Source: Arcobacteraceae bacterium
GTDB lineage: Bacteria > Campylobacterota > Campylobacteria > Campylobacterales > Arcobacteraceae
Direction: 5' to 3'
DNA length: 64,000 nucleotides
Assembly (NCBI GenBank): GCA_963662945.1
Contig: OY759974.1
Location: 1,728,001 to 1,792,000, forward strand
Shown: piece after piece, positions 1 through 9,278 of the stretch
How the letters are laid out: every line of letters begins with the position of its first letter
How positions within the stretch are numbered: position 1 is the first letter of the stretch
Made by a program: the position numbers and the translations under genes
Notes under the pieces: model-generated
Told to the model about the DNA's origin: nothing
Seen by the model: only the letters and a program-made list of their open reading frames with translations
Databases searched by the model: none

Positions 1-745
1 TTCGTATTGCATACATAGTAGCTCTTTGAATTGATTCTGGCATTTGTACTTCTAGAATTGGCAGTTCCATATCTGTAACAGTTGGTTTTCTTCCTAAAAT
101 TCTTGCAAAATTAAATTCAGCATCTTTTGTATTGTTTTTTTGAACAATATAGTTTGTTTTTGCTAATGCTAAACCAGCTTTTACTTTAGAAATAGATGAA
201 GCTGTATTTAATCCTGCATTGTAAAGATTTTGAATATCTTCATACATTTGTTGATGAAACTCAACACTATCTTTTGCATTTTGTAGAAGTTTATAGTTTT
301 TTACAACATTCAAATATGCTTCTACCATTCGAAAGCTCATATCATTGGCTTTTTCTAAATAATGATAAGCTGCTGCTAAAACTCGTGCTTCTTGATAATC
401 CACTTTATAAGTAGTATCAAAACCATTAAAAAGATTTTGTGTAAGTTTAAGTGAATTTTCATAATAATCATAATTCACATCTCTAATCTCATTATTAAGA
501 TTTCCAGCATCTTTATATCCAATACCTGAACGTAAATCTACACTTGGAAGATATTCAGATTCTGATATTTTTAAATCTTGCTGTGTAGCTCTATAGTTAC
601 TTACTCTTTCTGTTATTACAGGATTTGTATTGATAACTTCTGATACACTTTCTTTTAAAGTAAGTGCATTTAGGTTTGTTAGAAAAAAGCTAAAGCTTCC
701 CACGAGAAACAAACATACAATTTGTTTTTTACTATTTTTCCCCAT
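1..745 (-). CDS. TolC-family outer membrane protein (type I secretion/LapE-AggA-like), truncated by window edge
   Basis: Not in ORF track; manual translation from ATG 745: MGKNSKKQIVCLFLVGSFSFFLTNLNALTLKESVSEVINTNPVITERVSNYRATQQDLKISESEYLPSVDL...LTQNLFNGF, a TolC N-terminal pattern with signal peptide; AAGGT RBS upstream. Confidence 0.85.
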   Translation of the reverse strand, partial: MGKNSKKQIVCLFLVGSFSFFLTNLNALTLKESVSEVINTNPVITERVSNYRATQQDLKISESEYLPSVDLRSGIGYKDAGNLNNEIRDVNYDYYENSLKLTQNLFNGFDTTYKVDYQEARVLAAAYHYLEKANDMSFRMVEAYLNVVKNYKLLQNAKDSVEFHQQMYEDIQNLYNAGLNTASSISKVKAGLALAKTNYIVQKNNTKDAEFNFARILGRKPTVTDMELPILEVQMPESIQRATMYAIR

Positions 746-773
746 ATAATACCTTTTATATTAATTTTCAAGT

Positions 774-805
774 ATTATAAATTGAAGAAGTATCCTACTA
801 GTATC
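774..805 (-). promoter_or_regulatory. -10 box (TATAAT, 779-774) with GATACT-N5-GATACT direct repeat (805-789) in the -22 to -38 region of the TolC gene
   Basis: Plus strand AGTATC at 789-794 and 800-805 (11-bp period), a geometry typical of OmpR/PhoB-family boxes. Confidence 0.5.
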
Positions 806-928
806 ATTTGTAATAAAAAATATTATTTTAATGAAATATAAAGAAAAGTTTATTTTTTAACACTTTCTTATTTCTCTTTGGATAAAATGGAAAAATAAGA
901 AAATTTAATCAAAATATTAGGATATGCT

Positions 929-1570
929 TTGTTAAATATGAAAATGTTATTTATTATTAACACGGTAATATTATTGATTCTTGCTATTTATATGCTTTTT
1001 TTGTACAAGAAAAATTCACAAAACAGAGCTACGAAATTTATAACATATTTTGTAGTTTTGTATTGTTTAGGTTTTACACTATTTATCTTGCGTAATCAAA
1101 TACCAGATTTTTTATCGATGGTTATAGCGAATACTTTTTTTGCCTTAGGTTCTCTTTGCTTATATGTGGCAACAAGAGCTATTGTTGGTTTAGATTCAAA
1201 GTGGCAAATAAGATACTGGATACCAGTATTGATTATTTTTGTGGGATTCAATATTTTTACTTTTATTGATTTTAATCCTAATATGAGAGCTTTGATGTAT
1301 TCAGTTTTTGCTCTATTATATTCGTTGCTTGAAATGTGGCTATTTGGATTTTATACCTCTTCTAAGTTTTATACTTTTGATAAAATATCTTCAATAGTCT
1401 TTTTCGTAGGTGCTATAATATTTTTATTGAGAGCTATAGAAAGTAGAATAATTCATATAGATGCATATTATTTTAATAATGTTAATTTAATCATTTCTTT
1501 ACCAAATATTTATATGCTAGTATTAAATATCTGGATACTTACCTTGGTAACATATAGAATTAAAAATTGA
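929..1570 (+). CDS. Multi-pass membrane protein resembling the membrane sensor domain of diguanylate cyclases/kinases, no output domain
   Basis: 213 aa, about 7 hydrophobic segments, 'LR..IPDFLSMVIAN' motif; TTG start with AGGA RBS. Confidence 0.65.
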   Translation: MLNMKMLFIINTVILLILAIYMLFLYKKNSQNRATKFITYFVVLYCLGFTLFILRNQIPDFLSMVIANTFFALGSLCLYVATRAIVGLDSKWQIRYWIPVLIIFVGFNIFTFIDFNPNMRALMYSVFALLYSLLEMWLFGFYTSSKFYTFDKISSIVFFVGAIIFLLRAIESRIIHIDAYYFNNVNLIISLPNIYMLVLNIWILTLVTYRIKN

Positions 1571-2249
1571 TTTTATAGCCTTCATTAAATTGATTGAGAA
1601 TACTATCTTCAGGTAGTTTTTTTCGAAGTCGTTTTACCATATTTTTTAAACTATTGATATTGAAATTTTCCTCTTCCCAAAAATATTCAAAAATCTCATC
1701 ATAAGTAAATGTCTTATTTTGTTTTGAAAATAGTAGAGATAAAAATTTCCTTTCATTACTTGTAAGTTCAACTAAAACATTAAATTGGGATAATTCCATT
1801 GTTTCAAGGTTCCAACAAAAATTATCTTTTAGATCAATTTTCTTTAAAGGAGTGATTTCATAGTTTGTTAACTCATAAATAGTGGAATTTAAAGCATCTT
1901 GCAAAGTTTTTCTATCTACTGGTTTTACTAAATATTTTGTTAATTTTAATGATAAGGCATCCATGAGAAATACTTTATCTGTATGTGCTGTTAACATAAT
2001 AGCTTTTGTTGTTTGGTCTTTTTCTCTTATTTTTTTTAGAAGTTCTAGACCATTTAATTTTGGAATATTAATATCTATAATCATAATGTCAGGGTGTTTT
2101 TCTTTATAAAGTTCATAAGCTTTTTCCCCATCTTCAGCTTCATAAACCTCTTGAAAATGCATTTTTAAATACATTACATAATTTTCACGCGTAACTTTTT
2201 CATCTTCTACAAATAAGATTTTATATGGATAGTGTTTATCAGAAATCAT
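1560..2249 (-). CDS. OmpR-family two-component response regulator
   Basis: REC motifs (FVEDE, DINIP, LTAH, YLVKP) plus C-terminal winged HTH (LTSNE...VKRLRKKL...GYKI). Confidence 0.92.
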   Translation of the reverse strand: MISDKHYPYKILFVEDEKVTRENYVMYLKMHFQEVYEAEDGEKAYELYKEKHPDIMIIDINIPKLNGLELLKKIREKDQTTKAIMLTAHTDKVFLMDALSLKLTKYLVKPVDRKTLQDALNSTIYELTNYEITPLKKIDLKDNFCWNLETMELSQFNVLVELTSNERKFLSLLFSKQNKTFTYDEIFEYFWEEENFNINSLKNMVKRLRKKLPEDSILNQFNEGYKINF

Positions 2250-5236
2250 TTTTCTCCTTTTGGTATTTGAATTGTAAATAATGCACCTTTTGCGCCATTT
2301 GTGACATTAAGATTGCCTCCTAATCCTTCTTCAATAATCATTTTTGACATATATAAACCAAGACCTGTTCCTTGTGATTTGTGTTTTGTAGTAAAATATG
2401 GTTCAAAAATTTTATTCATAATTTCTTTTTTTATTCCAGATGCATTATCTTCTATATTTATATAAATATATTCTTCTAGTTCATATGATTCAACAGTAAT
2501 TAGAGGTGATTCAATATTCATAAGTACTAGTGCATCAATTGCATTGTTTAATAAAGCTAAAATAACTTGCTGTAATTCATCTAGATAACCATAACATTCT
2601 AACTTAGGATCTACTATTGTGATTGTTCGAATTTCTTTTGAAACTAAAGAGCCTTTTAAAATATTATATGATTTTTCTATCGCATTTTTAACTTTAAATT
2701 TTGTTTTTTGTTTATCTGGATTAAAAAAGTTTTTAAAATCATCAATTGTTTTTGACATATATGCTGTTAATGATTCAATTTCTAAAAGTTTTTTTTCTAT
2801 TGTTGTATCAAAACATTTGTTTTTTTGCAAATATGCATCAACAATTAATACTGAGGAATTGATTTGTGCAAGAGGCTGTCTCCATTGATGTGCTATATTT
2901 TCAATCATTTCTCCCATCTGTGCTAATTTACTTTGATGCATTAGAATTACTTGATTTTTTATATTTTTATCTATCTCTGTTTTTATTCTTTCTTCAAGTG
3001 AATTATTTAAATCTTCAAGTTGTTTTTTTGCAAGTGTTAATTGTTCTGTTTTTTCTTTCAATGCAAGTTCATTTTGTCTTTGATTTGTAATATCATAACC
3101 AATATTGATAATTTCATCTGTTGGAAGTTTTACATTAGCCCACATAGTGATTAATGTTTTTCCCTCTTTTGTTTTAGGATGCCATTCTTCATATTTATTG
3201 TAATTTCTTTTGTTAAAAGATTCAATTAATTTTTTTTGATCTTGTGGGTCTGGATAAAAGAGTTTTATAGGTGCCGGATGATTTTTAATTTCTTCAAAAC
3301 TCCAACCAAAAATTTTTTCACATTCTTGATTCCAGTAAGTTACTCTGCCTTGGTTATCAAAAGAGTCTAAAAGAACAGGGGCAATATCAAATAAAGTTTG
3401 GAGTTTTTTTTGATTTTCTTTTAATTGTTTTTGAGCAAGTTCTTTATTCTTTATCTCTTCTTTTAACTTGAAATTCCAGTAGATAAAGATACTGACTAGT
3501 ACAAATCCTAAGAATATTATTTGTGCGATTACTTGATAATCAACAGCCAATTGATAACTAATATTATTCCATTTATTAAAAATATGTTCTCGTGTGGTAT
3601 CATCTATAGAAAAAAGTGTTTTTTCAAAGATTTCATTTAGTAAAGGTTCATCATTTCTTGATGCAATTCCAAGATAAAACATTTCAGAAAAATAACCTGT
3701 GATAGAGATATTATTATTCATTTTGTTTTTTTGAATTTCATGATTTATTACCATTGAATTATCTAAAAAACCAAATATTTTTTCTTGATCTACATATGAT
3801 AAACCTTCTTGGATTGAATCTACTTCAACTAAGTTAATGTGGGGATATTTGATTTTTAATAGTTCAACTATAGAATAATTTTTTACTACACCTAAAGCTT
3901 TATCTTGTAGATTACTTAGATTATTTGAAAATGGAACACCTTGTTTTGTCACAATAGCCAATGGGATTTTCACATAAGGGCTAGTAAAATTAAGATACTT
4001 TTGTCTTTTGGGAGTTTTCTCAGCTAAAGCTAAAAAATCACACTCCTTATGTTGTATTTTTTGTAAACTTTGTGTCCATGTGTCAGTTTGAATAAGTTGT
4101 ATAGGTGTATGGATTTTTTCTGAAATAATTTCCATAAAATCTGCTGCAACTCCTATATGTTTTCCATTTTCTATTTTTTCTAAAGGCATCCAATTGGGAT
4201 CAATACACATCTTTAAAGTCTTTTTTTTCTGGAGATAGTTTCTTTGTTCTATGGTTAAGTCAAGGGTATTGTTTTTTGTTTTATAAATAAATGCATTTAA
4301 TTTTTCTTTTGATTCTTTTGGAATAAGTAAAGATTGTGCAAAAGTATCGGCAATCATCTCGACTTTTCCTAACTCAATACTTCCAATAGGATAGATATTT
4401 GTAAGCATTAAATATTCTATTTGATTTGCTTCAAAGAGTAAAGCTTCTTTAGATTTATTTTGAGTATTATATTTTTGTATTATAATATCTGCTAATTCTT
4501 CTTTATGTTTTAAAGCATACTCCCAACCTTTTATAGAAGCATTTCTAAAATTCTCAACTCGTTTAGGATTATTTTCTAATTCACTTTTTGTTGTAAAAAG
4601 ATTTATATCATAAAATTTTGTTCCAAAAACAGCTGGATCTAAAATATTGTATTGAACACCTAGTTTATTTAAAGTGTGGATTTCATTTGTAGTAAAAACA
4701 CTAATGGCATCCACATCTTTTTTAATAAAACTTTGAATATTAAATTTTTGTGGAACATTTTGAAAATCGTGAGGAGTGATATTAAACTGATTTAACATGG
4801 TTAGAATAGTTTGTTTATGGGAACTATCTAAAAGTCCCATGATTTTTTTCCCTTTTAAATCAGCAGGAGTACGAATATTTTTTTGTGTTACTAAAACTAA
4901 GGGTGATTGTTTAAAAAAATTAGCCACAAAAACGAGAGGTTTCCCCTGCATATAATCTACAATAAATGTAGAATAACTAAGTCCATAATCTGAATTTCCA
5001 TCTAAAACTTCATCAACAATATTCATATTTTGTTTAAATTCGCTAAAATCAACATCTAAACCTACTTCTTTATAAAAACCTTTTTCTTTAGCCGCATAAA
5101 ATCCAGCAAATTCAAATTGATGTTTCCATTGTAGTTGAAGTTTTATTTTTTCATTGGGTATTACATTTGAAGTATTTGATACAAGAATATCTATTGAGAA
5201 ATAAAACAATATTATGATTTTTAAAATAGATTTCAT
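2246..5236 (-). CDS. Sensor histidine kinase: NMT1/THI5-like + BvgS-like periplasmic binding domains, TM, PAS, HisKA/HATPase
   Basis: LQLQWKHQFEFAGFYAAKEKGFY; CIDPNWMPLE; H-box ENIAHQWRQPL; FEPYFTTK...GTGLGLY; ATGA overlap with regulator. Confidence 0.9.
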   Translation of the reverse strand: MKSILKIIILFYFSIDILVSNTSNVIPNEKIKLQLQWKHQFEFAGFYAAKEKGFYKEVGLDVDFSEFKQNMNIVDEVLDGNSDYGLSYSTFIVDYMQGKPLVFVANFFKQSPLVLVTQKNIRTPADLKGKKIMGLLDSSHKQTILTMLNQFNITPHDFQNVPQKFNIQSFIKKDVDAISVFTTNEIHTLNKLGVQYNILDPAVFGTKFYDINLFTTKSELENNPKRVENFRNASIKGWEYALKHKEELADIIIQKYNTQNKSKEALLFEANQIEYLMLTNIYPIGSIELGKVEMIADTFAQSLLIPKESKEKLNAFIYKTKNNTLDLTIEQRNYLQKKKTLKMCIDPNWMPLEKIENGKHIGVAADFMEIISEKIHTPIQLIQTDTWTQSLQKIQHKECDFLALAEKTPKRQKYLNFTSPYVKIPLAIVTKQGVPFSNNLSNLQDKALGVVKNYSIVELLKIKYPHINLVEVDSIQEGLSYVDQEKIFGFLDNSMVINHEIQKNKMNNNISITGYFSEMFYLGIASRNDEPLLNEIFEKTLFSIDDTTREHIFNKWNNISYQLAVDYQVIAQIIFLGFVLVSIFIYWNFKLKEEIKNKELAQKQLKENQKKLQTLFDIAPVLLDSFDNQGRVTYWNQECEKIFGWSFEEIKNHPAPIKLFYPDPQDQKKLIESFNKRNYNKYEEWHPKTKEGKTLITMWANVKLPTDEIINIGYDITNQRQNELALKEKTEQLTLAKKQLEDLNNSLEERIKTEIDKNIKNQVILMHQSKLAQMGEMIENIAHQWRQPLAQINSSVLIVDAYLQKNKCFDTTIEKKLLEIESLTAYMSKTIDDFKNFFNPDKQKTKFKVKNAIEKSYNILKGSLVSKEIRTITIVDPKLECYGYLDELQQVILALLNNAIDALVLMNIESPLITVESYELEEYIYINIEDNASGIKKEIMNKIFEPYFTTKHKSQGTGLGLYMSKMIIEEGLGGNLNVTNGAKGALFTIQIPKGEK

Positions 5237-5326
5237 TAATAATAATCTTTCATGATAAATTGGTCTAAATTTTTATATATAATAATACTTGAAATATACT
5301 TATGATACTACTATGAAAAAGTATCA

Positions 5327-5350
5327 AACTTATATCATTGATGATAAGTT
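5327..5350. terminator. Possible intrinsic terminator hairpin after the upstream kinase gene
   Basis: AACTTATATCAT...ATGATAAGTT imperfect inverted repeat just after stop at 5351. Confidence 0.35.
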
Positions 5351-8164
5351 TTAAATATTAAGTATAATTATAAATTCTGCACCTTTATATTTTTTTCCCT
5401 CATGTTCAAAATCAGTATTTTGTGCGTGGATAGTTCCTTCCATCCCTTTTGTAATAAGGTTATAAGTCATATGAAGACCAAGTCCTGTTCCTTGACTTTT
5501 ATGTTTTGTAGTAAAATATGGATCAAATATTTTAGGAAGAATATCTTGGTTAATGCCCCCTCCATTATCTTTAAACTTGAGCATAATTTTATTGTTCTCT
5601 TTTTTTATGGTTATGAATATAAATTTATCTGTAATCTCTTTATTTGTATCCAATACATCTTTAGCATTGTTATAAATATTCATAAAACATTGGAGAAGTT
5701 CATTTTTATAGCCATTAATAATAACAGAGGAATCTATATTCTGGATAATATGAATATTATGGTTTTTTGTTGATGGTTCAATTAAATTGAGAAGACTTTC
5801 TATAAAATCATTTGCTTTGAATTTTGATTTTAGTCTGTCTCCTTTAATAAAATTTCTGAAGTCATCAATTGTTTTTGATAAATATTGTGCATTATTATCA
5901 ATTGCATCACAAGCATTATATAAAAAACTATCATCTAATACACCATATTCTTTTTGTACTTTAATTCCTGTTGCACTTGTAGAGATTACAGAAAGAGGTT
6001 GTCTCCATTGGTGTGCTATATTTCCTATCATTTCTCCCATTGAAACAAGTTTTGCTTGCTGAAGAAGTTGTTCTTCTTGTTGTTTTAATAAAGTAATATC
6101 AACAATACTTACAAGGCGAACATCTCTATTTTTTATATAATGTCCTCGTAATAAAACAGAAATAGTTGAATTGTCTTTTTTTAAAATGCGAAATTCATAT
6201 GGAAATGTATCATCTTTCATTAGATTTTCTTTTGCTATATGTTGATATTGTTCTGGAACAAATGAAAGAATATGTTTCCCAATAAGTTCTGCTTTTGAAC
6301 TATATCCTAAAATATCTACGCTACTTTGATTAACATCAATACAAATACCATTTTTAAAAATAGTAATACCTTCCATAGTTGCATTAATAATCTCATCAAA
6401 TTCTCTTAAAGATTTTTTGAGTAAATATTGTTTATAGAGAATAAAACCTAGGAAAATTAAAATAACAATAAGAATGTCAATGAAAAGTGTATAATCTATT
6501 GGTGAATCAAAAGGTTTTGAAAGCCACTTTTCATGGATAATTTTTTTAGATTCTTCTGAAATTTTGGAAAGAGTTTTGTCTAAAATATTTAAAAGCATTA
6601 TATTATCATCTCTTACAGCTATTCTAAGATCATAACTCATGCCTGAATATCCAGCTATTTGTAAGCTATTAAAATTATACATATTTTTATAATAAGATAA
6701 AACTGGTAAAGTTGCTATAGTAAAGTAAGCATCATCATTTTCTACAGCTTCAAATGCTTCTTTATAACTTTTTGTTTCAAGTATTTTAACACTAGGATAA
6801 AGAGTCTTTAATTGACTAATAAGACCACTATGTTCTTTTCTTGAAAGAGTGTTTTCTATAATTTGTTCAAGATTATTCACAAGAGGTTTATCATTTTTAG
6901 TAATAATAGCTAAATTATAACTTGAGTGAACTTTTGTAAAGTTGGCATATTTTGCTCTTTCTCTAGTTTTGATTACTGCTGGGAGAATATCACATTTTTT
7001 ATTTTTTAAATATTCTTGTGATTCTCCCCAAGATTTTGTTTTTATAAATTCAAATTGTAAACCAGTTTTCTCTCCAATAAGTTTTAACATATCAATAGAG
7101 ATACCATTTGGTTCACCATTTGTATTGGTGAACTCAATAGGTGCCCAATTTGGATTTGTACATACCTTTACTATTTTATTATCATTAATATAATTTATTT
7201 CCTTTTGTGTAAGTTCATTGTTATTAACATCAAGTTTGTAAATAGCATCACTAGATAGTAATTGGATTTTTGATAGTCCTAATAGTTTGTATATATCATA
7301 CATTCTTTCTAATTTTTCTTGTTTTATACTTCCAAGTTTAGTAGTACCATCATAAGCTAGCTTTTTGAGTTCTTTCCCTTCATATATTAAAGCATCTTTG
7401 GACTTGTGTAGTGAATTATATTTTTTATAAATGATTTCACTTGTTTCGTCAATATGTTCAAATGCATATTTCCACCCTTTGAGTGAGGCATAGGTGAATT
7501 GTTTTACTGCATTTGGATTGTTGTTTAATGTTTTTTTATTTGTAATTAAAATATCACTATAAAAATCAAAACCATACTTTTTGGGATTAAAAATAAGAGG
7601 ATCTCCTCCTAATTGTTTTAGAATGTATGGTTCATTTGAAATATATCCAACCATGGCATCTGCATAACCATTTTGTAAATCTTTAACATTAAAAGTTTGT
7701 TTTATAATATGTATATCGTCAAAAGAAATTTTTTGAGAAAATAACATTGATATAAGTGAAGCTTCTGTTTTTAAATCATCAGTTGCCATAATGTTTTTAT
7801 TTTTTAAATCTTTTAATGTTTTGATTCCTGACTTTTTATCAACTAATATCATTATTGGTGAAGATTGAAAAAGAGCTGCTAAAAATATAATGTCATTTTT
7901 ATTTGTATTATCCATAAATGCAGTCGATCTTACAATGGAAAATGTAGTTTTTTCTTTTATAACATCTTCAATCATATTTATATTATAGTCCCATTCTTTG
8001 ATGTCCACATCAAGTCCTACATCATTGTAAAAACCTTTCTCTTTTGCCATAATATATCCAGCAAATTGAAATTGATATTTCCATTGTAGTTGCAATGAAA
8101 CTTTCTCATTGGCAAGTAAAAAAATAGTAAGTATTTGCAGTGCTATAAGTATTTTTGTTAACAT
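5351..8164 (-). CDS. Sensor histidine kinase, paralog with same NMT1 + BvgS-like + PAS + HK architecture
   Basis: LQLQWKYQFQFAGY; CTNPNWAPIE; H-box GNIAHQWRQPL; FDPYFTTK...GTGLGL. Confidence 0.9.
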   Translation of the reverse strand: MLTKILIALQILTIFLLANEKVSLQLQWKYQFQFAGYIMAKEKGFYNDVGLDVDIKEWDYNINMIEDVIKEKTTFSIVRSTAFMDNTNKNDIIFLAALFQSSPIMILVDKKSGIKTLKDLKNKNIMATDDLKTEASLISMLFSQKISFDDIHIIKQTFNVKDLQNGYADAMVGYISNEPYILKQLGGDPLIFNPKKYGFDFYSDILITNKKTLNNNPNAVKQFTYASLKGWKYAFEHIDETSEIIYKKYNSLHKSKDALIYEGKELKKLAYDGTTKLGSIKQEKLERMYDIYKLLGLSKIQLLSSDAIYKLDVNNNELTQKEINYINDNKIVKVCTNPNWAPIEFTNTNGEPNGISIDMLKLIGEKTGLQFEFIKTKSWGESQEYLKNKKCDILPAVIKTRERAKYANFTKVHSSYNLAIITKNDKPLVNNLEQIIENTLSRKEHSGLISQLKTLYPSVKILETKSYKEAFEAVENDDAYFTIATLPVLSYYKNMYNFNSLQIAGYSGMSYDLRIAVRDDNIMLLNILDKTLSKISEESKKIIHEKWLSKPFDSPIDYTLFIDILIVILIFLGFILYKQYLLKKSLREFDEIINATMEGITIFKNGICIDVNQSSVDILGYSSKAELIGKHILSFVPEQYQHIAKENLMKDDTFPYEFRILKKDNSTISVLLRGHYIKNRDVRLVSIVDITLLKQQEEQLLQQAKLVSMGEMIGNIAHQWRQPLSVISTSATGIKVQKEYGVLDDSFLYNACDAIDNNAQYLSKTIDDFRNFIKGDRLKSKFKANDFIESLLNLIEPSTKNHNIHIIQNIDSSVIINGYKNELLQCFMNIYNNAKDVLDTNKEITDKFIFITIKKENNKIMLKFKDNGGGINQDILPKIFDPYFTTKHKSQGTGLGLHMTYNLITKGMEGTIHAQNTDFEHEGKKYKGAEFIIILNI

Positions 8165-8223
8165 TCAAAAAGTATAACTGAAACTCAATAAAATATTTAT
8201 TACATTTGTTGTATAATGACCAA

Positions 8224-9015
8224 ATGAATAAGAAAAGAATTTTTTTAACAAATGATGATGGTTGGGATGCAAAAGGTTTGAAAAAACTTATAGAGGCTTT
8301 GAGCCCAATAGCAAGTTTAACAATAGTTGCACCAGCAACAGAAAAATCAGCTTCAGCACATAGTATGACATTGACACGTCCAATGAAACTTTTAAGTGTG
8401 GATGATGATTATTATAAAATGGATGATGGTACACCAACTGATTGTGTTTTTATAGGGTTAAATAATCTTTTTTCAGATGATGATAAACCAGATTTGGTAA
8501 TTAGTGGTATAAATATTGGTTCAAATATGGGTGAAGATATTACTTATAGTGGAACAGTTGCAGGTGCCAGTGAAGCAGTTCTTCAAGGTGTTCCTGCTAT
8601 TGCAATTAGTCAGGTTTTCAATGATTTGAATAATGTAAATAAAGATGCTTGGGAATATGAACTAGCTTGTAGTGTGATAAAAGATATAGCACAAAAAATT
8701 TTAACAGGTAGTTTCCCTTTAGGAAAGAGAAAATTACTGAATATTAATATCCCACCTTGTGGTATTGGAGAGTGTAAAGGAATAAAAGTTACAAATGCAG
8801 GGTATAGAGAATATGGAAATGATTCTCATAGATATATAAGCCCAAGAGGTGAAGAGGTTTATTGGATAGGGTTGCATCCATTGATTTGGCAAAAAGTGGA
8901 TGGAAAAATGTGTGATTTTGAAGCTATAAAGGAAAATTATGTTTCAATTACACCAGTACAACTTGATATGACAAGTTACGAAGATATAGAAAATTTGAAG
9001 GAATGGATGAGATGA
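8224..9015 (+). CDS. surE: 5'/3'-nucleotidase SurE
   Basis: IFLTNDDG, GTPTDCV, SGINIGSNMG, YSGTV motifs; start reassigned to ATG 8224. Confidence 0.95.
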   Translation: MNKKRIFLTNDDGWDAKGLKKLIEALSPIASLTIVAPATEKSASAHSMTLTRPMKLLSVDDDYYKMDDGTPTDCVFIGLNNLFSDDDKPDLVISGINIGSNMGEDITYSGTVAGASEAVLQGVPAIAISQVFNDLNNVNKDAWEYELACSVIKDIAQKILTGSFPLGKRKLLNINIPPCGIGECKGIKVTNAGYREYGNDSHRYISPRGEEVYWIGLHPLIWQKVDGKMCDFEAIKENYVSITPVQLDMTSYEDIENLKEWMR

Positions 9016-9278
9016 AAAATACCTTTTATGATGAATTATTAGGTGATATAAACAAATTAGTTGGTGATTTAAAAGATGAAAATGAATTGATTAAAATTTT
9101 GAAGAAAAGACTAACTAAAAAAGAATTTAGATATTATAAATTAAAAGTAGAAAATGCTACAACAAAAGATATGTTAAAAGAACTTGGTGTTGATAATGAA
9201 AGATTTGAAGAGATAGAAGTACAAACTATTCATAAACTAAATCAAGAAAAAATTAAACAGGAATTAGTGAAGTCATGA
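9012..9278 (+). CDS. Small protein with sigma-70 region-4-like HTH pattern
   Basis: ATGA overlap with surE stop; LTKKE...ELGVDNERFEEIE...IHKL resembles sigma region 4. Confidence 0.6.
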   Translation: MKNTFYDELLGDINKLVGDLKDENELIKILKKRLTKKEFRYYKLKVENATTKDMLKELGVDNERFEEIEVQTIHKLNQEKIKQELVKS

